From: an uncultured Granulosicoccaceae bacterium
GTDB lineage: Bacteria > Pseudomonadota > Gammaproteobacteria > CALCKW01
Direction: 5' to 3'
Length of the DNA stretch: 64,000 nucleotides
Assembly (NCBI GenBank): GCA_937965695.1
Contig: CALCKW010000007.1
Location: 7,106-71,105 of the forward strand
Shown here one piece after another: positions 18,604-29,419 of the stretch. The position numbers and the translations under genes are program-made. The notes beneath the pieces are model-generated. The model was not told where the DNA came from. It searched no databases and saw only the letters and a program-made list of their open reading frames with translations. Positions within the stretch are counted from its first letter, which is position 1. Each line of letters opens with the position of its first letter.

Positions 18604-19845
18604 CTAAAACTTACTCAGATTAAACGGTGCAGCATCAGTCAGCATCAGAGAATCGAGTTGCCGCACTGCGTCAACAGGGCCAGTGATTTCGCCCAGTTGG
18701 TGTAATCGGACGACACGCGTATTACCCAAGACAAAAGCAGCTAATTGCTCTGGACCAAATTGCAGCACCTGCTGACTATCTGTCTCAAGGCGTTCGACAG
18801 AGATTCCAGACGTTGTCACCACCAGCTGGAAACGCCCAGAAAATTCAGGCAGCATCGGATCGTGGTAGTCAAAGCTAATGTCACCCGTCCCGTTGTATTG
18901 TCGTTGACGCAATAGTCGTGGCATGTCCAAAACCCGCAACCACAGCATATCCGTGCGACTGACTTGCACGAGTTGGCGCGGGTCTGTCATGAAGTTTCTT
19001 ATGATTGGATCGATCGGTGCCAGCTGCCAGCGTAGTTCGCGCACCCATGCGATCTTGCACAAGTACTGAAACATCGCTTGCTCCGCAGTTGCATTAAGAG
19101 CAACAAGCTCCCGCAACACGAGCTGGCAGCGCTGCAAACCATCGACCACACCGCTGCTGTGAGACTGCTGAATAACCACATACAATGCATAGGCATCCGC
19201 TATGCCATCTACATCGTAGTGAACCGCAACAAACTGTGGGCCACCGCCGAGCCAGCTGCGTTTACCCGAACAAATGATTTGCTGCCACCACCCTGCACTG
19301 CGCTGTATTTCCCCGGCCAGACTTTGTGCCTGATGTATCTGCGCGCAAACAGCCCTGCCTTCTTCTTCACCACTGATTAGCCGTACTTTGCCTCGCTGCT
19401 GCAAGGGAGCTCTCAATGAAAAATTTGCCGTCTCTAAACGGTACTCTGCCATCTCGGTAGAAACGCCGTAGCCAAACCGCCCGTACAAACCTGACTCTGA
19501 GGCCATCAGACCTGAAACCACGTCTCCCTGTTCTAAGCAATTGTGTAAGTGAGCTTCGATCAATAAGCGCAAGCCACCCGCGCCTTGCTCACTGGCGACA
19601 ATGCCAACACCCGCCAGTCCAGCTGCTGGCACAAAGCTCCCTCCAGGCAACGCCAGAGGAAACTGATAAGCCAGACAACCGCCAACGATGTCGCCCTCTC
19701 TTGCCAATGCAATACGATGTGCTTGAGGTCTTAGGTAATCTCGCGCCTGATCGTCGTCCTCGCAGACGCCAAAGGCGAACATAATGGCGTCACGGGTAGC
19801 GGGCCATTGAGACTCATCGGGTTGAAACACTCGCAACTGTGGCAT
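18604..19845 (-). CDS. Eis-like GNAT N-acetyltransferase with C-terminal SCP2-like domain
   Basis: ~413 aa from the ATG at 19845 (MPQLRVFQPDESQWPATRDAIMFAFGV). Tandem GNAT folds and a C-terminal sterol-carrier-like tail resemble Eis family acetyltransferases. 138 bp upstream of the decarboxylase on the same strand. Confidence 0.6.
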   Translation of the reverse strand: MPQLRVFQPDESQWPATRDAIMFAFGVCEDDDQARDYLRPQAHRIALAREGDIVGGCLAYQFPLALPGGSFVPAAGLAGVGIVASEQGAGGLRLLIEAHLHNCLEQGDVVSGLMASESGLYGRFGYGVSTEMAEYRLETANFSLRAPLQQRGKVRLISGEEEGRAVCAQIHQAQSLAGEIQRSAGWWQQIICSGKRSWLGGGPQFVAVHYDVDGIADAYALYVVIQQSHSSGVVDGLQRCQLVLRELVALNATAEQAMFQYLCKIAWVRELRWQLAPIDPIIRNFMTDPRQLVQVSRTDMLWLRVLDMPRLLRQRQYNGTGDISFDYHDPMLPEFSGRFQLVVTTSGISVERLETDSQQVLQFGPEQLAAFVLGNTRVVRLHQLGEITGPVDAVRQLDSLMLTDAAPFNLSKF

Positions 19846-19870
19846 GGGGTGACATATCCTTGTACACATT

Positions 19871-19901
19871 GATCTAGGAAGCTTCAGATTAAAACTAGAT
19901 C
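19871..19901. repeat. Solo fragment related to the MITE 5' end (palindromic GATCTAGGAAGCTTCAGATT...CTAGATC)
   Basis: CTAGGAAGCTTCAGATT matches the first 17 nt of copy B (CTAGGGAGCTTCAGATT). Lies in the divergent GNAT/polB promoter region. Confidence 0.3.
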
Positions 19902-19971
19902 AACACAGCGTGCAACGTTTTCGTTTGAATCAACCAAATGGAACGGCGATGACTTTTTAACTGAACATCAA

Positions 19972-22275
19972 GTGACTATGCTCAAACAAGGCTATCTCCT
20001 GCAACGTCAATGGCGCGATACAGACAAAGGGCTGGAATATACCCTCTGGCTAGCCAGCGACGAAGGTCCTCTAAAGCTGGTGTTCGAGAAACAACAGGCG
20101 ATTTGTTTCGTGCCGCGCGACGCAGAGTTTCCTGCCGCAAACTTCCAGCGCAGATCCAGCCAGCTGCGGTCACAGGAAGGTGAACCCGTCGATTCTCTCT
20201 ACTTTGATCGACAACGAGATCTAGAGCAGTGGCTGGATCAAGGTTCACACCGATACCTCGCGTTTGAAGCTGACATTAAACCTGTAGAACGCTTTTTGAT
20301 GGAGCGTTTCGTTCGGGGTGGTATGGAAGTCAGTGGTGATTGGTTTGCCGAAAAAGGTGTGATGACTTGCCGCAACCCGCAGATCAGATCCGTGGATTGG
20401 CAACCCAACTTGAAAGTGATGTCCTTAGACATAGAGACAGGCGGTAGCGAAGGAGAAGCACTCTATAGTGTCGGGCTGAGCGCACAAGATTTTGGCAAAG
20501 TATTCATGGCTCGTCGCGCTCCCGACGACGGCTCAGACCATTCCAGCATTGTCTGGTGCGGCAATGAGCGAGCAACTTTGAAAGCTGCACTGGCCTGTAT
20601 TGCAGAGCACGATCCAGACGTTTTGATCGGCTGGAACATTGTCGGTTTTGACCTGAGCTTCATGGCATCGGTTAGCAAGCGCTGCGGTTTGCGATTTAGT
20701 CTTGGTCGCGCAGGCGAGAACGCACAAGTGCTACCACCTGGCCAAGGAGGCACCCACATCGCGCGTGTACCTGGACGTGTGGTGCTGGACGGCGTAGCAC
20801 TGCTTAAAGCGGCTTTCTATCAGTTTGAATCCTTTGCGCTAGACAATGTAGCCCATGAACTTCTAGGCGAGCGCAAACTCATCCAGGCACATGGCCTAGA
20901 CAAACTCAGAGAGATCAAACGCCAGTACCGCGAAGATCCCGTTGCACTCGCTGCTTACAATTTGCAGGACTGTGTATTGACGCATCGGGTCTTCGAACAC
21001 GCTGAGCTGGTCGCATTCGCCCTCGCGAGAACAGGGGCAACTGGGTTGCCATTGGACCGCGTGGGAGGGTCGGTAGCCGCGTTCGACTATTTGTATTTAC
21101 CACGCATGCACCGCAAGGGCACGGTTGCCCTGTCAATGATACAAGTCAATGAAGGCGAAAACAGCCCAGGCGGTTACGTGCTGGATTCCACCCCAGGTCG
21201 TTTTGCCAACGTGCTGCTGTTCGACTTTAAATCACTGTACCCTTCCATCATTCGGAGCTTTTTAATCGATCCCGCTGGCCTTTGCGCAGAACACCCCGAT
21301 GCAGTTCCAGGGTTTCGCGAAGCTTGGTTCAACCGCGAAACGCCCATTCTGCCCGCGCTAATAACCGAGCTTTGGGAAGCGCGAGACGCCGCGAAGTTAG
21401 ATAAAAATACACCGCTGTCGCAAGCAATAAAAATCATCATGAACAGCTTTTATGGTGTACTCGGCTCAAGTGGTTGTCGATTCCACGACCCGAGATTGGC
21501 GAGTAGCATTACACTCCGCGGTCACCAAATTATCTACGACAGCAAACAATGGTTTGAACAGCAAGGAGAGCGTGTTATTTACGGTGACACAGATTCCCTG
21601 TTTATCGCCATGAGCCCAAGCTTGAGCTTGGAAGAATGCCAATCAAAGGGTGAGATCTATCGCGATCAGCTAAACCACTATTGGCGAGAACGATTGCAGA
21701 CCGAGTTTAAACTGGAGAGCCATTTAGAAATAGAATTTGAAACACTCTTCAGCCAATTTTGGATGCCTTCTATCCGTGGCAGTGAGCTTGGCAGTAAGAA
21801 ACGCTATGCAGGGCAAGTTCAAAAACCCGACAAAACTGAGCTGATTATTAAAGGCTTGGAATCAGTAAGATCAGATTGGACACATTTAGCACAGCGTTTT
21901 CAACGAGAGCTATTGGAGCGTTGGTTTGCCGATCAAGATCTAACGGGTCTTTGCCGTGAAATACATTTGGGATTGATGCAAGGGGAATTTGACAAAGAGC
22001 TGGTTTTTAAAAAACGCATTCGACGTCCGCTGGACAGTTATCAAAAAAATGTTCCGCCGCATATCCAGGCCGCTCGAAAACATCCCAGACGCCCTAGCAG
22101 ACAAATCGAATATTTGTTTACGCTGAATGGCCCTGAACCTCTGGGACATTTAACGACTACTCTAGACTACGACCGATATGCTGAAAAACAGCTTGCTCCA
22201 ATTGCTGACGCCATTCTAATGTTTGAAGGATTAAACTACGCTGAGCTAGTGGGAAAACAAATGGATCTATTTTAG
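19972..22275 (+). CDS. polB: DNA polymerase II (family B)
   Basis: 767 aa. The N-terminus LLQRQWRDTDKGLEYTLWLASDEGPLKL parallels E. coli Pol II. Exonuclease motifs and the polymerase motif YGDTDS are present. Confidence 0.9.
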   Translation: MTMLKQGYLLQRQWRDTDKGLEYTLWLASDEGPLKLVFEKQQAICFVPRDAEFPAANFQRRSSQLRSQEGEPVDSLYFDRQRDLEQWLDQGSHRYLAFEADIKPVERFLMERFVRGGMEVSGDWFAEKGVMTCRNPQIRSVDWQPNLKVMSLDIETGGSEGEALYSVGLSAQDFGKVFMARRAPDDGSDHSSIVWCGNERATLKAALACIAEHDPDVLIGWNIVGFDLSFMASVSKRCGLRFSLGRAGENAQVLPPGQGGTHIARVPGRVVLDGVALLKAAFYQFESFALDNVAHELLGERKLIQAHGLDKLREIKRQYREDPVALAAYNLQDCVLTHRVFEHAELVAFALARTGATGLPLDRVGGSVAAFDYLYLPRMHRKGTVALSMIQVNEGENSPGGYVLDSTPGRFANVLLFDFKSLYPSIIRSFLIDPAGLCAEHPDAVPGFREAWFNRETPILPALITELWEARDAAKLDKNTPLSQAIKIIMNSFYGVLGSSGCRFHDPRLASSITLRGHQIIYDSKQWFEQQGERVIYGDTDSLFIAMSPSLSLEECQSKGEIYRDQLNHYWRERLQTEFKLESHLEIEFETLFSQFWMPSIRGSELGSKKRYAGQVQKPDKTELIIKGLESVRSDWTHLAQRFQRELLERWFADQDLTGLCREIHLGLMQGEFDKELVFKKRIRRPLDSYQKNVPPHIQAARKHPRRPSRQIEYLFTLNGPEPLGHLTTTLDYDRYAEKQLAPIADAILMFEGLNYAELVGKQMDLF

Positions 22276-22322
22276 CTATTCTGGAGAGCGTTAGTGGTGC
22301 GGCCAGACTATCAATTTTGTAG

Positions 22323-23453
22323 TTACTGCAATCTTGCTGGTGAAACACTCGTTGAGTCAAAGCCCGCCGCTACTATATTTCGAGGCAGCTCTTTGTTGAG
22401 AATTTGAGAAGCAGCAAATCGTGATAACGCTGGGGCACTCTGTATGCCATATCCACCTTGTCCAGCGAGCCAATAAAAACCCTCGACTTTATTTGAAAAC
22501 CCAGCAACTGGGCTTTTGTCCGCAACAAAGCTGCGCAATCCGGCCCAACGACTTTCAATATTCCGGACTTGTATTTTAAACGCTCGCTCGATGCGATCAA
22601 CACAAAGAGCGACATCCATTTCGGTTGCCTGAACATCGCAGGGTTCCTCAGGGTCTTCATTGGCAGGCGAAATCAACAAGCGACTCGCTTCTGGTTTGAG
22701 ATAAAACTGTTCATCAATATCAAGGGTTAAGGGCAGTTGCTCCGTGACAATTTCAGCAGGCGCATCAACAATAAGTGCTGACCGGCGCTTGGGCACTAAC
22801 CCGATTATTTCAGCCCCTGCTAAAGCACCGACTTTGTCTGCCCATGCCCCGGCGGCATTGACTACAATAGGGGCTTCAAACTGACCGACGGGTGTGTGAA
22901 ACTCCCACTTCCGTCCCACACGCCTCAATGTGCTCGCTTCGGCGTCGCTGATCAACTCACCACTATTTGCCTTGAACTGTCGCAAGTATCCTTGATGCAA
23001 AGCGTGCACATCAATGTCTTGCCCGCTTGGGTCAAGCAGGCCTGTCGTCGCGTAGTTATCACGCAGTAGAGGCTGTATTTCCATCAACTGGCGAGCGTCT
23101 AGCTCGTGTATTGATCCCTCTGCCGATAACTCGCCTTGAAGCGTCTGCAAGGAGAACTCTTGGTCTTCACGTGCAAGCATCAAGATTCCGCGAGCTGACA
23201 ACAGAGCTTGAGGTGTAAAACCGTCAGGTGGTTCTTTGAAAAATATCTCTGAAGCCCGGGTTAAAACTCGAATGGGTTTTGGCCCGTAGATCGGCGCGAA
23301 GATAGCAGCCGACCGGCCCGTGGTGTGGTAACCGGGCTGGCCCTCGGCTTCCAGTAAGATGACGCTTGCATCCAAGGACAATTCCGAGGCGACGGAAGAT
23401 CCGGCTATTCCAGCTCCAATAACAATAACGTCTGTCTGTGTTTTGTTTTTCAC
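22323..23453 (-). CDS. FAD-dependent oxidoreductase (DadA/glycine-oxidase superfamily)
   Basis: N-terminal dinucleotide-binding motif DVIVIGAGIAGSSVA. 376 aa. Confidence 0.7.
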   Translation of the reverse strand: MKNKTQTDVIVIGAGIAGSSVASELSLDASVILLEAEGQPGYHTTGRSAAIFAPIYGPKPIRVLTRASEIFFKEPPDGFTPQALLSARGILMLAREDQEFSLQTLQGELSAEGSIHELDARQLMEIQPLLRDNYATTGLLDPSGQDIDVHALHQGYLRQFKANSGELISDAEASTLRRVGRKWEFHTPVGQFEAPIVVNAAGAWADKVGALAGAEIIGLVPKRRSALIVDAPAEIVTEQLPLTLDIDEQFYLKPEASRLLISPANEDPEEPCDVQATEMDVALCVDRIERAFKIQVRNIESRWAGLRSFVADKSPVAGFSNKVEGFYWLAGQGGYGIQSAPALSRFAASQILNKELPRNIVAAGFDSTSVSPARLQ

Positions 23454-23522
23454 GGCTTAGCCGCTCCCGTCTCTTCGCCAACGTAACGGCAGGCTATGCC
23501 AAGAAGGTGCCTCGGTAAGGGT

Positions 23523-24446
23523 TTAGTCTTCTTTTTCACGCCGCGCCCTTGGGTGAGCTTTGTCGTATACATCCGCTAGATGCTGAAAATCTAGATGGGT
23601 ATAGATCTGTGTGGTGCTGATGTCCGCGTGACCCAGCAGCTCCTGCACGGCACGCAGGTCACCGCTTGATTCGAGCAAATGCGTCGCAAATGAATGACGC
23701 AACATGTGAGGGTGCACATGCAAAGGTAAGCCACGCTCTTGCGCCATCCTTTTTAGTCGATGTTGAACCGTACGCGCTCCCATACGGTTACCGCGCTGAT
23801 TTACAAACAAAGCTTGCTCATCCGACCTAGCCATGGTCTCTCTCACCGCTATCCAAGCCTTCAATGCACTTAGTGCTTGTCGACCGACAGGCAATTCACG
23901 CTCTTTGCCGCCCTTGCCTACCACCCGCAGCTGAGCATTGTCTTGGTCAACCGTGTCTATATCCAGCCCGATAACTTCCGCTAGACGCAGACCACAGGAG
24001 TAGACCAATTCGAACATGGCTTGATCGCCAAACTCCGGTGCACTCTGGGGCTTACCCGCTAGCAGCTGATCCGCTTGATCGACGGCGAGCACACGAGGCA
24101 GTGGTTTGTCGCGCTTAGGGGCAGCAATGTCTTGAGCGGGGTTGTGCTCAAAAAGACCATGAGTAATCCCGTACTTGTAAAATGAACGGATTGCCGATAG
24201 GCGTCGTGACAGACTGCGAGGTGCTTGCCCACGTCTGTGCCAAGTGGCCACCATGCTGCGAAGCTCTCGACCCGTTAAACTAGTCCAGCCCGCACAATCG
24301 CGCTCTTGCATTAAAGCGATAGCGGCATTGAGGTCACGTTGGTAATTGCTTAAGGTGTGCGGCGAATAGCGCCGCTCTTCGCGCAGGTGGCGAAGATAGT
24401 CCGCCACAGGTGCTAGAGGATCTGAATCCGTCGATGAGACAGGCAT
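23523..24446 (-). CDS. xerC: Tyrosine recombinase XerC
   Basis: The catalytic region HMLRHSFATHLLE...LGHADISTTQIYTHL gives the R..HxxR..Y signature. Sits in the conserved dapF-DUF484-xerC arrangement. Confidence 0.85.
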   Translation of the reverse strand: MPVSSTDSDPLAPVADYLRHLREERRYSPHTLSNYQRDLNAAIALMQERDCAGWTSLTGRELRSMVATWHRRGQAPRSLSRRLSAIRSFYKYGITHGLFEHNPAQDIAAPKRDKPLPRVLAVDQADQLLAGKPQSAPEFGDQAMFELVYSCGLRLAEVIGLDIDTVDQDNAQLRVVGKGGKERELPVGRQALSALKAWIAVRETMARSDEQALFVNQRGNRMGARTVQHRLKRMAQERGLPLHVHPHMLRHSFATHLLESSGDLRAVQELLGHADISTTQIYTHLDFQHLADVYDKAHPRARREKED

Positions 24447-24469
24447 GTCAGCCCCAATGTTGAAACGTG

Positions 24470-25174
24470 TTAGCGCAGGAAGCGATTGACACCGCTGCTG
24501 ACCAACTGACCTACACGTTCAAGGAACAAATGGCCTTGATCACGCGTGTATGTCAGTTCACTGCGTGAGCCCAAGCTTAGAACACCCAACTCTCGACCCG
24601 CAATAAGCGGCACAATAGCCACCGACGACTGTTGATCAGCCCGCTCACCAAACAACACTTGTTTCTGGCTTTCACTGGCAAGGCCACAGCGGATTTTTCG
24701 GTTTTTGAGCACGTCACTTAAACATTGCAAATCGGGGTGATCATGGCTGACGTAGCGCCAAGGTTGCTCTACGCTACGCTCGCCCTGCTCCGCGTCAATC
24801 AACAAAACAGAAACATCATCAGCTGAGAAATGTTCCAACATCAGATCACGACTGGCGGCCAATAGATCGTCAAGCGAGTCTGCTGCCATCAGCTCCAAGG
24901 AGAACTGATGCACACTCGAAGCGATACGATCGTTGTCACGCGCGGCGCTGATCATCTCGTGCAGTTGGCGTTTTACTTTAGAGTTTGTTTCGCGCAGAGC
25001 GCTGAGCTGACGCTCAACCAATGAGACGGCTGTGCCGCTCTGATGCGGAACACGCAGTTCTTCTAACAGGCGTGGATGCTGCACAAAAAAATCAGGGTTA
25101 TCGCGCAAAAAGCGAGCAACGCTGCGGTCATCATCCAGAGCAGGACGCTCGGCTACAGCAGTGAGTTCACTCAT
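24470..25174 (-). CDS. DUF484 (YigA-like, GAF-related) protein
   Basis: MSELTAVAE...[17 protein letters not shown] is typical of the DUF484 N-terminus. Start at 25174 overlaps the dapF stop. E. coli yigA sits in the same place. Confidence 0.75.
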   Translation of the reverse strand: MSELTAVAERPALDDDRSVARFLRDNPDFFVQHPRLLEELRVPHQSGTAVSLVERQLSALRETNSKVKRQLHEMISAARDNDRIASSVHQFSLELMAADSLDDLLAASRDLMLEHFSADDVSVLLIDAEQGERSVEQPWRYVSHDHPDLQCLSDVLKNRKIRCGLASESQKQVLFGERADQQSSVAIVPLIAGRELGVLSLGSRSELTYTRDQGHLFLERVGQLVSSGVNRFLR

Positions 25175-26001
25175 AATTCTAAAGTTCCGTCGTAAACATG
25201 GGCCGCGGGGCCGGTCATCAACAAGTCTGACCCTTCCCCATCCCATTTAATTGTCAGTTGCCCGCCAAGTAAATCTACCGCCACTTCAGGGCCTAATAAC
25301 CCCCACTGACGGCCAACGGCCACGGCTGCACAAGCCCCTGTACCGCAGGCTCTTGTTTCGCCAACACCACGCTCAAAAACGCGCAGTGCAATATGGCTGT
25401 CTGACAGCACTTGCATAAAACCAGCGTTAACTCGACGCGGAAAATCCGTGTGAACCTCAATGGCTGGGCCCAGAGTCTCGACCGGTGCGGTCTCAGTATT
25501 GTCGACGCGAAGCACTGCGTGTGGATTGCCCATAGAGACCGCCCCCACTTGCAACGTTTCATCACCGACTCTAAGAGCATAGTCGTTTTGCCTGTTCTTG
25601 CTGATAAAGGGCAGTGATGCGGGCTCAAAATTGGGCACGCCCATGTTGACGGTAACCATGTCTGCGCCCTGTACCAGCAAACGAATATCACCGTTGTGGG
25701 TTCGTACGGGTATTTCAGTTTTGTCGCTCAAACCCTGTCGGCGCACAAACACCGCAAAACAACGTGCGCCGTTACCGCAGTGCTCGACTTCGCCACCATC
25801 GGCGTTATAGATGCGATAGTTAAAATCAACGCTGGCATCCCCTGGTGGTTCCACCACTAACAGTTGGTCAAAACCAATTCCGGTTTTGCGGTCAGCCAAT
25901 GCCATGATGGCTTGAGTTTCCAACGGCATAGGCTGCTGGGTGGCATCGATGACAATAAAATCGTTGCCCAATCCGTGCATTTTGGCGAAGGGTAGCTTCA
26001 T
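25171..26001 (-). CDS. dapF: Diaminopimelate epimerase
   Basis: [19 protein letters not shown] plus the two catalytic Cys regions (GNGARC, CGTGACA). Confidence 0.9.
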   Translation of the reverse strand: MKLPFAKMHGLGNDFIVIDATQQPMPLETQAIMALADRKTGIGFDQLLVVEPPGDASVDFNYRIYNADGGEVEHCGNGARCFAVFVRRQGLSDKTEIPVRTHNGDIRLLVQGADMVTVNMGVPNFEPASLPFISKNRQNDYALRVGDETLQVGAVSMGNPHAVLRVDNTETAPVETLGPAIEVHTDFPRRVNAGFMQVLSDSHIALRVFERGVGETRACGTGACAAVAVGRQWGLLGPEVAVDLLGGQLTIKWDGEGSDLLMTGPAAHVYDGTLEL

Positions 26002-26003
26002 CT

Positions 26004-27251
26004 TCAGCTGCCAAAAGTTGATTCTAGTGAGTACAGCTCTGGCACAGACTCACGACGACGCACCAATTGATACTTGTCACCGTCGACCATGGCCTCTGGC
26101 GTGCGCGGACGAGAATTGTAGTTTGAGCTCATGGCTGCACAATAAGCACCGGCTGAAAGCACAGCCAATAAGTCACCGGCCTGCACGGCAAGTTCACGCT
26201 GCTTGCCAAGAAAATCGGCGGATTCACAGACAGGACCTACAACATCCATCAGCACCGGCTGCTGATCTCGCGGCTTTACCTCCGTGATTTCCTGCCAAGC
26301 ACTGTAAAGAGCGGGTCGCAGCAAATCATTCATCGCGCCGTCGACAATGGCGAAGTTTCGATCTCCGTTCTCTTTAAGGTATTGCACTTCAGTGAGCATA
26401 ACGCCTGCATTGCCCACAATTGCTCGACCTGGTTCTACGATGATTTTCAAACCGCGCCCATCGATAAGCGGCGCGAGTGCAGCCTGCCAAGCCGAAAGAT
26501 CCATCGGCGTTTCGTCTTTATAGCAAATACCCTGACCGCCGCCGAGATCGAGCTCACTGATGATAATGCCCTCTTCTGCCAGCAAATCGATCAGACCCAA
26601 CAAGCGCTTTGCCGCATCGATATAGGGGTCAATCTCTGTCAGCTGAGACCCAATGTGGCAATCCATCCCAATCACGTTGATATGAGGCAATTCGGCCGCA
26701 CGACGATAAACGGAGAGCGCCACCTCGTGTCCAATGCCAAATTTGTTCTCTTTCAAACCTGTGGAGATATAAGGATGGGTCTGCGCGTCTACGTCTGGGT
26801 TGATGCGCAAGGAGATCTGTGCCACGGCACCCTGGGCACCGGCCACCTCATTGAGGCGCTCCAGCTCAGCAGCGGACTCCACGTTAAAGCTGTGAATGCC
26901 CACTTCCAGTGCGCGAGCCATTTCGTCAGCCTTTTTGCCGACACCTGAGAAGACAATTTTGCTGGCTTCACCACCAGCGGCCAACACCCGCTCTAGCTCA
27001 CCGACCGAAACAATATCAAAACCAGAGCCCAGCTTTGCCAACACGCCCAAAACGGCCAGATTAGAGTTCGCTTTAACCGCATAACAAACTTGGTGGTCCC
27101 AGCCCGCCAGCGATTGATCGAACTGGCGCCAAGCGTCCTCAATCGCGGCACGCGAGTAGACGTAAAGCGGTGTGCCGTACTCTGAAGCCAATTGACTCAT
27201 GGGTACATCTTCGGCGTGAAGTTCGCCATTTTGTTGCCTAAAAGCTTTCAT
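26004..27251 (-). CDS. lysA: Diaminopimelate decarboxylase
   Basis: 415 aa PLP fold-III decarboxylase (YAVKAN, GxDCHIGSQ) immediately upstream of dapF. Confidence 0.9.
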   Translation of the reverse strand: MKAFRQQNGELHAEDVPMSQLASEYGTPLYVYSRAAIEDAWRQFDQSLAGWDHQVCYAVKANSNLAVLGVLAKLGSGFDIVSVGELERVLAAGGEASKIVFSGVGKKADEMARALEVGIHSFNVESAAELERLNEVAGAQGAVAQISLRINPDVDAQTHPYISTGLKENKFGIGHEVALSVYRRAAELPHINVIGMDCHIGSQLTEIDPYIDAAKRLLGLIDLLAEEGIIISELDLGGGQGICYKDETPMDLSAWQAALAPLIDGRGLKIIVEPGRAIVGNAGVMLTEVQYLKENGDRNFAIVDGAMNDLLRPALYSAWQEITEVKPRDQQPVLMDVVGPVCESADFLGKQRELAVQAGDLLAVLSAGAYCAAMSSNYNSRPRTPEAMVDGDKYQLVRRRESVPELYSLESTFGS

Positions 27252-27439
27252 TTTTCTAGTTCTTTTTCTGGGGATTCAACGAGTTCACTATCTACTTCGG
27301 TTGCGGCTGATTCAACCGACTTGGGCTCCACACCTTCTGAGCCTGGTACCACCAAAGGGCCTTTGTTACCGCAACCACCCAGCAGTATCGTCAACAAAAT
27401 GACGAATTGTGAACTGAGACACGTTTTTGTCTGTTTCAT
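27248..27439 (-). CDS. Small lipoprotein (LptM/YifL-like)
   Basis: MKQTKTCLSSQFVILLTILLGGC has a lipobox followed by an acidic low-complexity tail. Overlaps the lysA start and occupies the yifL position. The ORF track extends to 27505. Confidence 0.5.
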   Translation of the reverse strand: MKQTKTCLSSQFVILLTILLGGCGNKGPLVVPGSEGVEPKSVESAATEVDSELVESPEKELEK

Positions 27440-27577
27440 CTTTGTATCATTCTTTCCAGTTTCGGGGTCCGAGACAAATTTTGTAACGCTTAAACCTTTT
27501 TGCATACTTGCCCATAGTGCATGGTCTTAGTAAAGTCAAAATGAATTTATGCCTTCTTCAAGCTTAGGAGCGAGAAA

Positions 27578-27685
27578 ATGCAGTTATCAGGCAAATCTAA
27601 CTATTGTGGGTCTTATCTCGGACTAGCTTTGGCTTCAAGTATTGGTGTTTGGGCTCTACTAGCCATCGTCTTCAGTTACCTCTAA
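27578..27685 (+). CDS. Candidate small membrane peptide (35 aa)
   Basis: An AGGAG RBS lies 7 nt before the ATG. Product MQLSGKSNYCGSYLGLALASSIGVWALLAIVFSYL is one predicted TM helix. Divergent from the lptM-lysA-dapF operon. Absent from the ORF track (<60 aa). Confidence 0.3.
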   Translation: MQLSGKSNYCGSYLGLALASSIGVWALLAIVFSYL

Positions 27686-27731
27686 GAAGCTGCGGTGGTC
27701 AAAGTTTCTGACCATCCTCACCTGACCTAGA

Positions 27732-29147
27732 TTATTCGGTTCCCACCGCCAACCACGCTTTTCTAGCGCGTCCGCGCTTAACGGCTTCTCGCACTTGATT
27801 TGGCGCGGTGCCGCCGAAATGATCGCGACTCGCCACTGACCCCTCTAAACTAAGCACACCAAATACATCCTGCTCAATGGCCGCAGAAAACTCTTGCAAC
27901 TCTGACAGTTCCATCTCAGCCAAGTCTCGCTTAGTCTCTAAACCCAATCGAACAGCTTGTCCGACCACCTCGTGTGCGTCTCTAAAAGCCAAGCCTTTAA
28001 CCACAAGGTAGTCCGCCAAGTCTGTCGCGGTGGAGAAACCGCGCAAAGCGGCCTCGCGCATGTCGTCGTGTCTGAAACTGATCGCTGGGACCATATCGGC
28101 AAAAGCCCGCAACGAACCCATCAACGTATCGACGGTATCGAACAGCGGTTCTTTATCTTCTTGGTTATCTTTGTTGTAGGCCAGAGGCTGAGACTTCATC
28201 AGCGTCAACAGGCTAAACAAGTGCCCATAGACACGGCCACTCTTGCCACGGATCAGCTCGGGCACATCAGGGTTTTTCTTCTGCGGCATGATAGAGCTGC
28301 CCGTACAAAAGCGATCGGGCAAGTCGATGAAACTAAATTGCGCGGATGACCACAGCACCAGTTCTTCACTGATACGCGATAAGTGCATCATTAGAATCGC
28401 TGCATCCGAACAAAACTCAATAGCGAAATCACGATCGCTCACCGCATCTAGGGAGTTTTCAGCCGGGCCAGTAAAACCCATTTGCTCAGCCGTAAAATGA
28501 CGGTCAATCGGGTAACTCGTGCCAGCCAAAGCGGCAGCACCCAATGGCGATACATTCATGCGGCGGCGGCAATCACGAATACGGTCTGCATCACGCAGCA
28601 GCATTTCAAACCACGCCATCAAGTGATGACCCACCGTGACTGGCTGCGCTGTTTGCAGATGAGTAAAACCTGGCATCACGGCATCAGCATTTGCGTCCGC
28701 TTGCATCAGCAACCCTTCCAATAGACGATCTATCTCAGCGGAGATCTCATCCAATGCGGTACGCAGATATAGCCGGATATCGGTAGCCACTTGGTCGTTG
28801 CGCGAACGCCCTGTGTGCAACCGCTTGCCCGCCATACCGACCTTTTCAGTCAGGCGTGCTTCGATGTTCATGTGCACATCTTCAAGGCCGACAGACCAAG
28901 GGAAGGTACCAGCCGTTACCTCGGCGCTGATTTCGTCAAGGCCACGAAGAATATCCGCTTTATCCTGCGCACTGATGATGTCTTGTTTTGCCAACATCGC
29001 CGCGTGCGCGCGCGAGCCTTCAATGTCTTGATGCGCCATGCGCTGGTCGAACATCACTGAAGCGGTAAACTCTTCAACAAAGGCATCGGTATCTTCGGCA
29101 AACCGGCCGCCGATAAGCTGCCGACTGGGGGGTGTTTGATTGCTCAT
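27732..29147 (-). CDS. argH: Argininosuccinate lyase
   Basis: 471 aa fumarase/aspartase superfamily protein with the [12 protein letters not shown] signature. Confidence 0.9.
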   Translation of the reverse strand: MSNQTPPSRQLIGGRFAEDTDAFVEEFTASVMFDQRMAHQDIEGSRAHAAMLAKQDIISAQDKADILRGLDEISAEVTAGTFPWSVGLEDVHMNIEARLTEKVGMAGKRLHTGRSRNDQVATDIRLYLRTALDEISAEIDRLLEGLLMQADANADAVMPGFTHLQTAQPVTVGHHLMAWFEMLLRDADRIRDCRRRMNVSPLGAAALAGTSYPIDRHFTAEQMGFTGPAENSLDAVSDRDFAIEFCSDAAILMMHLSRISEELVLWSSAQFSFIDLPDRFCTGSSIMPQKKNPDVPELIRGKSGRVYGHLFSLLTLMKSQPLAYNKDNQEDKEPLFDTVDTLMGSLRAFADMVPAISFRHDDMREAALRGFSTATDLADYLVVKGLAFRDAHEVVGQAVRLGLETKRDLAEMELSELQEFSAAIEQDVFGVLSLEGSVASRDHFGGTAPNQVREAVKRGRARKAWLAVGTE

Positions 29148-29419
29148 GTTTGAACGGGTCCGACCTAGGCTAAACCCGCTATTTTACACAGTTCTTTAGG
29201 GTGATATGGGCTCAAGCTGGAATGGAATTTATTGAGATGCTTTGTGGTTGAAAATGGCCGCTACCGAAAAGGAAATTCAGACTGCCCCCTAAACACGTTT
29301 TCTCCATGGTGGTGCAGCCAAAGGTAAAGGAGAAGTGGAAGAGTTGCTCAACGTTAAATCGCTGCAATTAGCCATCACTATTTGCCACTGCAGTCCGTGT
29401 TGAACAAACAGCACCAACG

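Noticed and set aside
19846-19971. LexA (SOS) box upstream of polB
   Set aside because: polB is SOS-regulated in E. coli, but no CTGT-N8-ACAG motif is present in the 125-bp upstream region.
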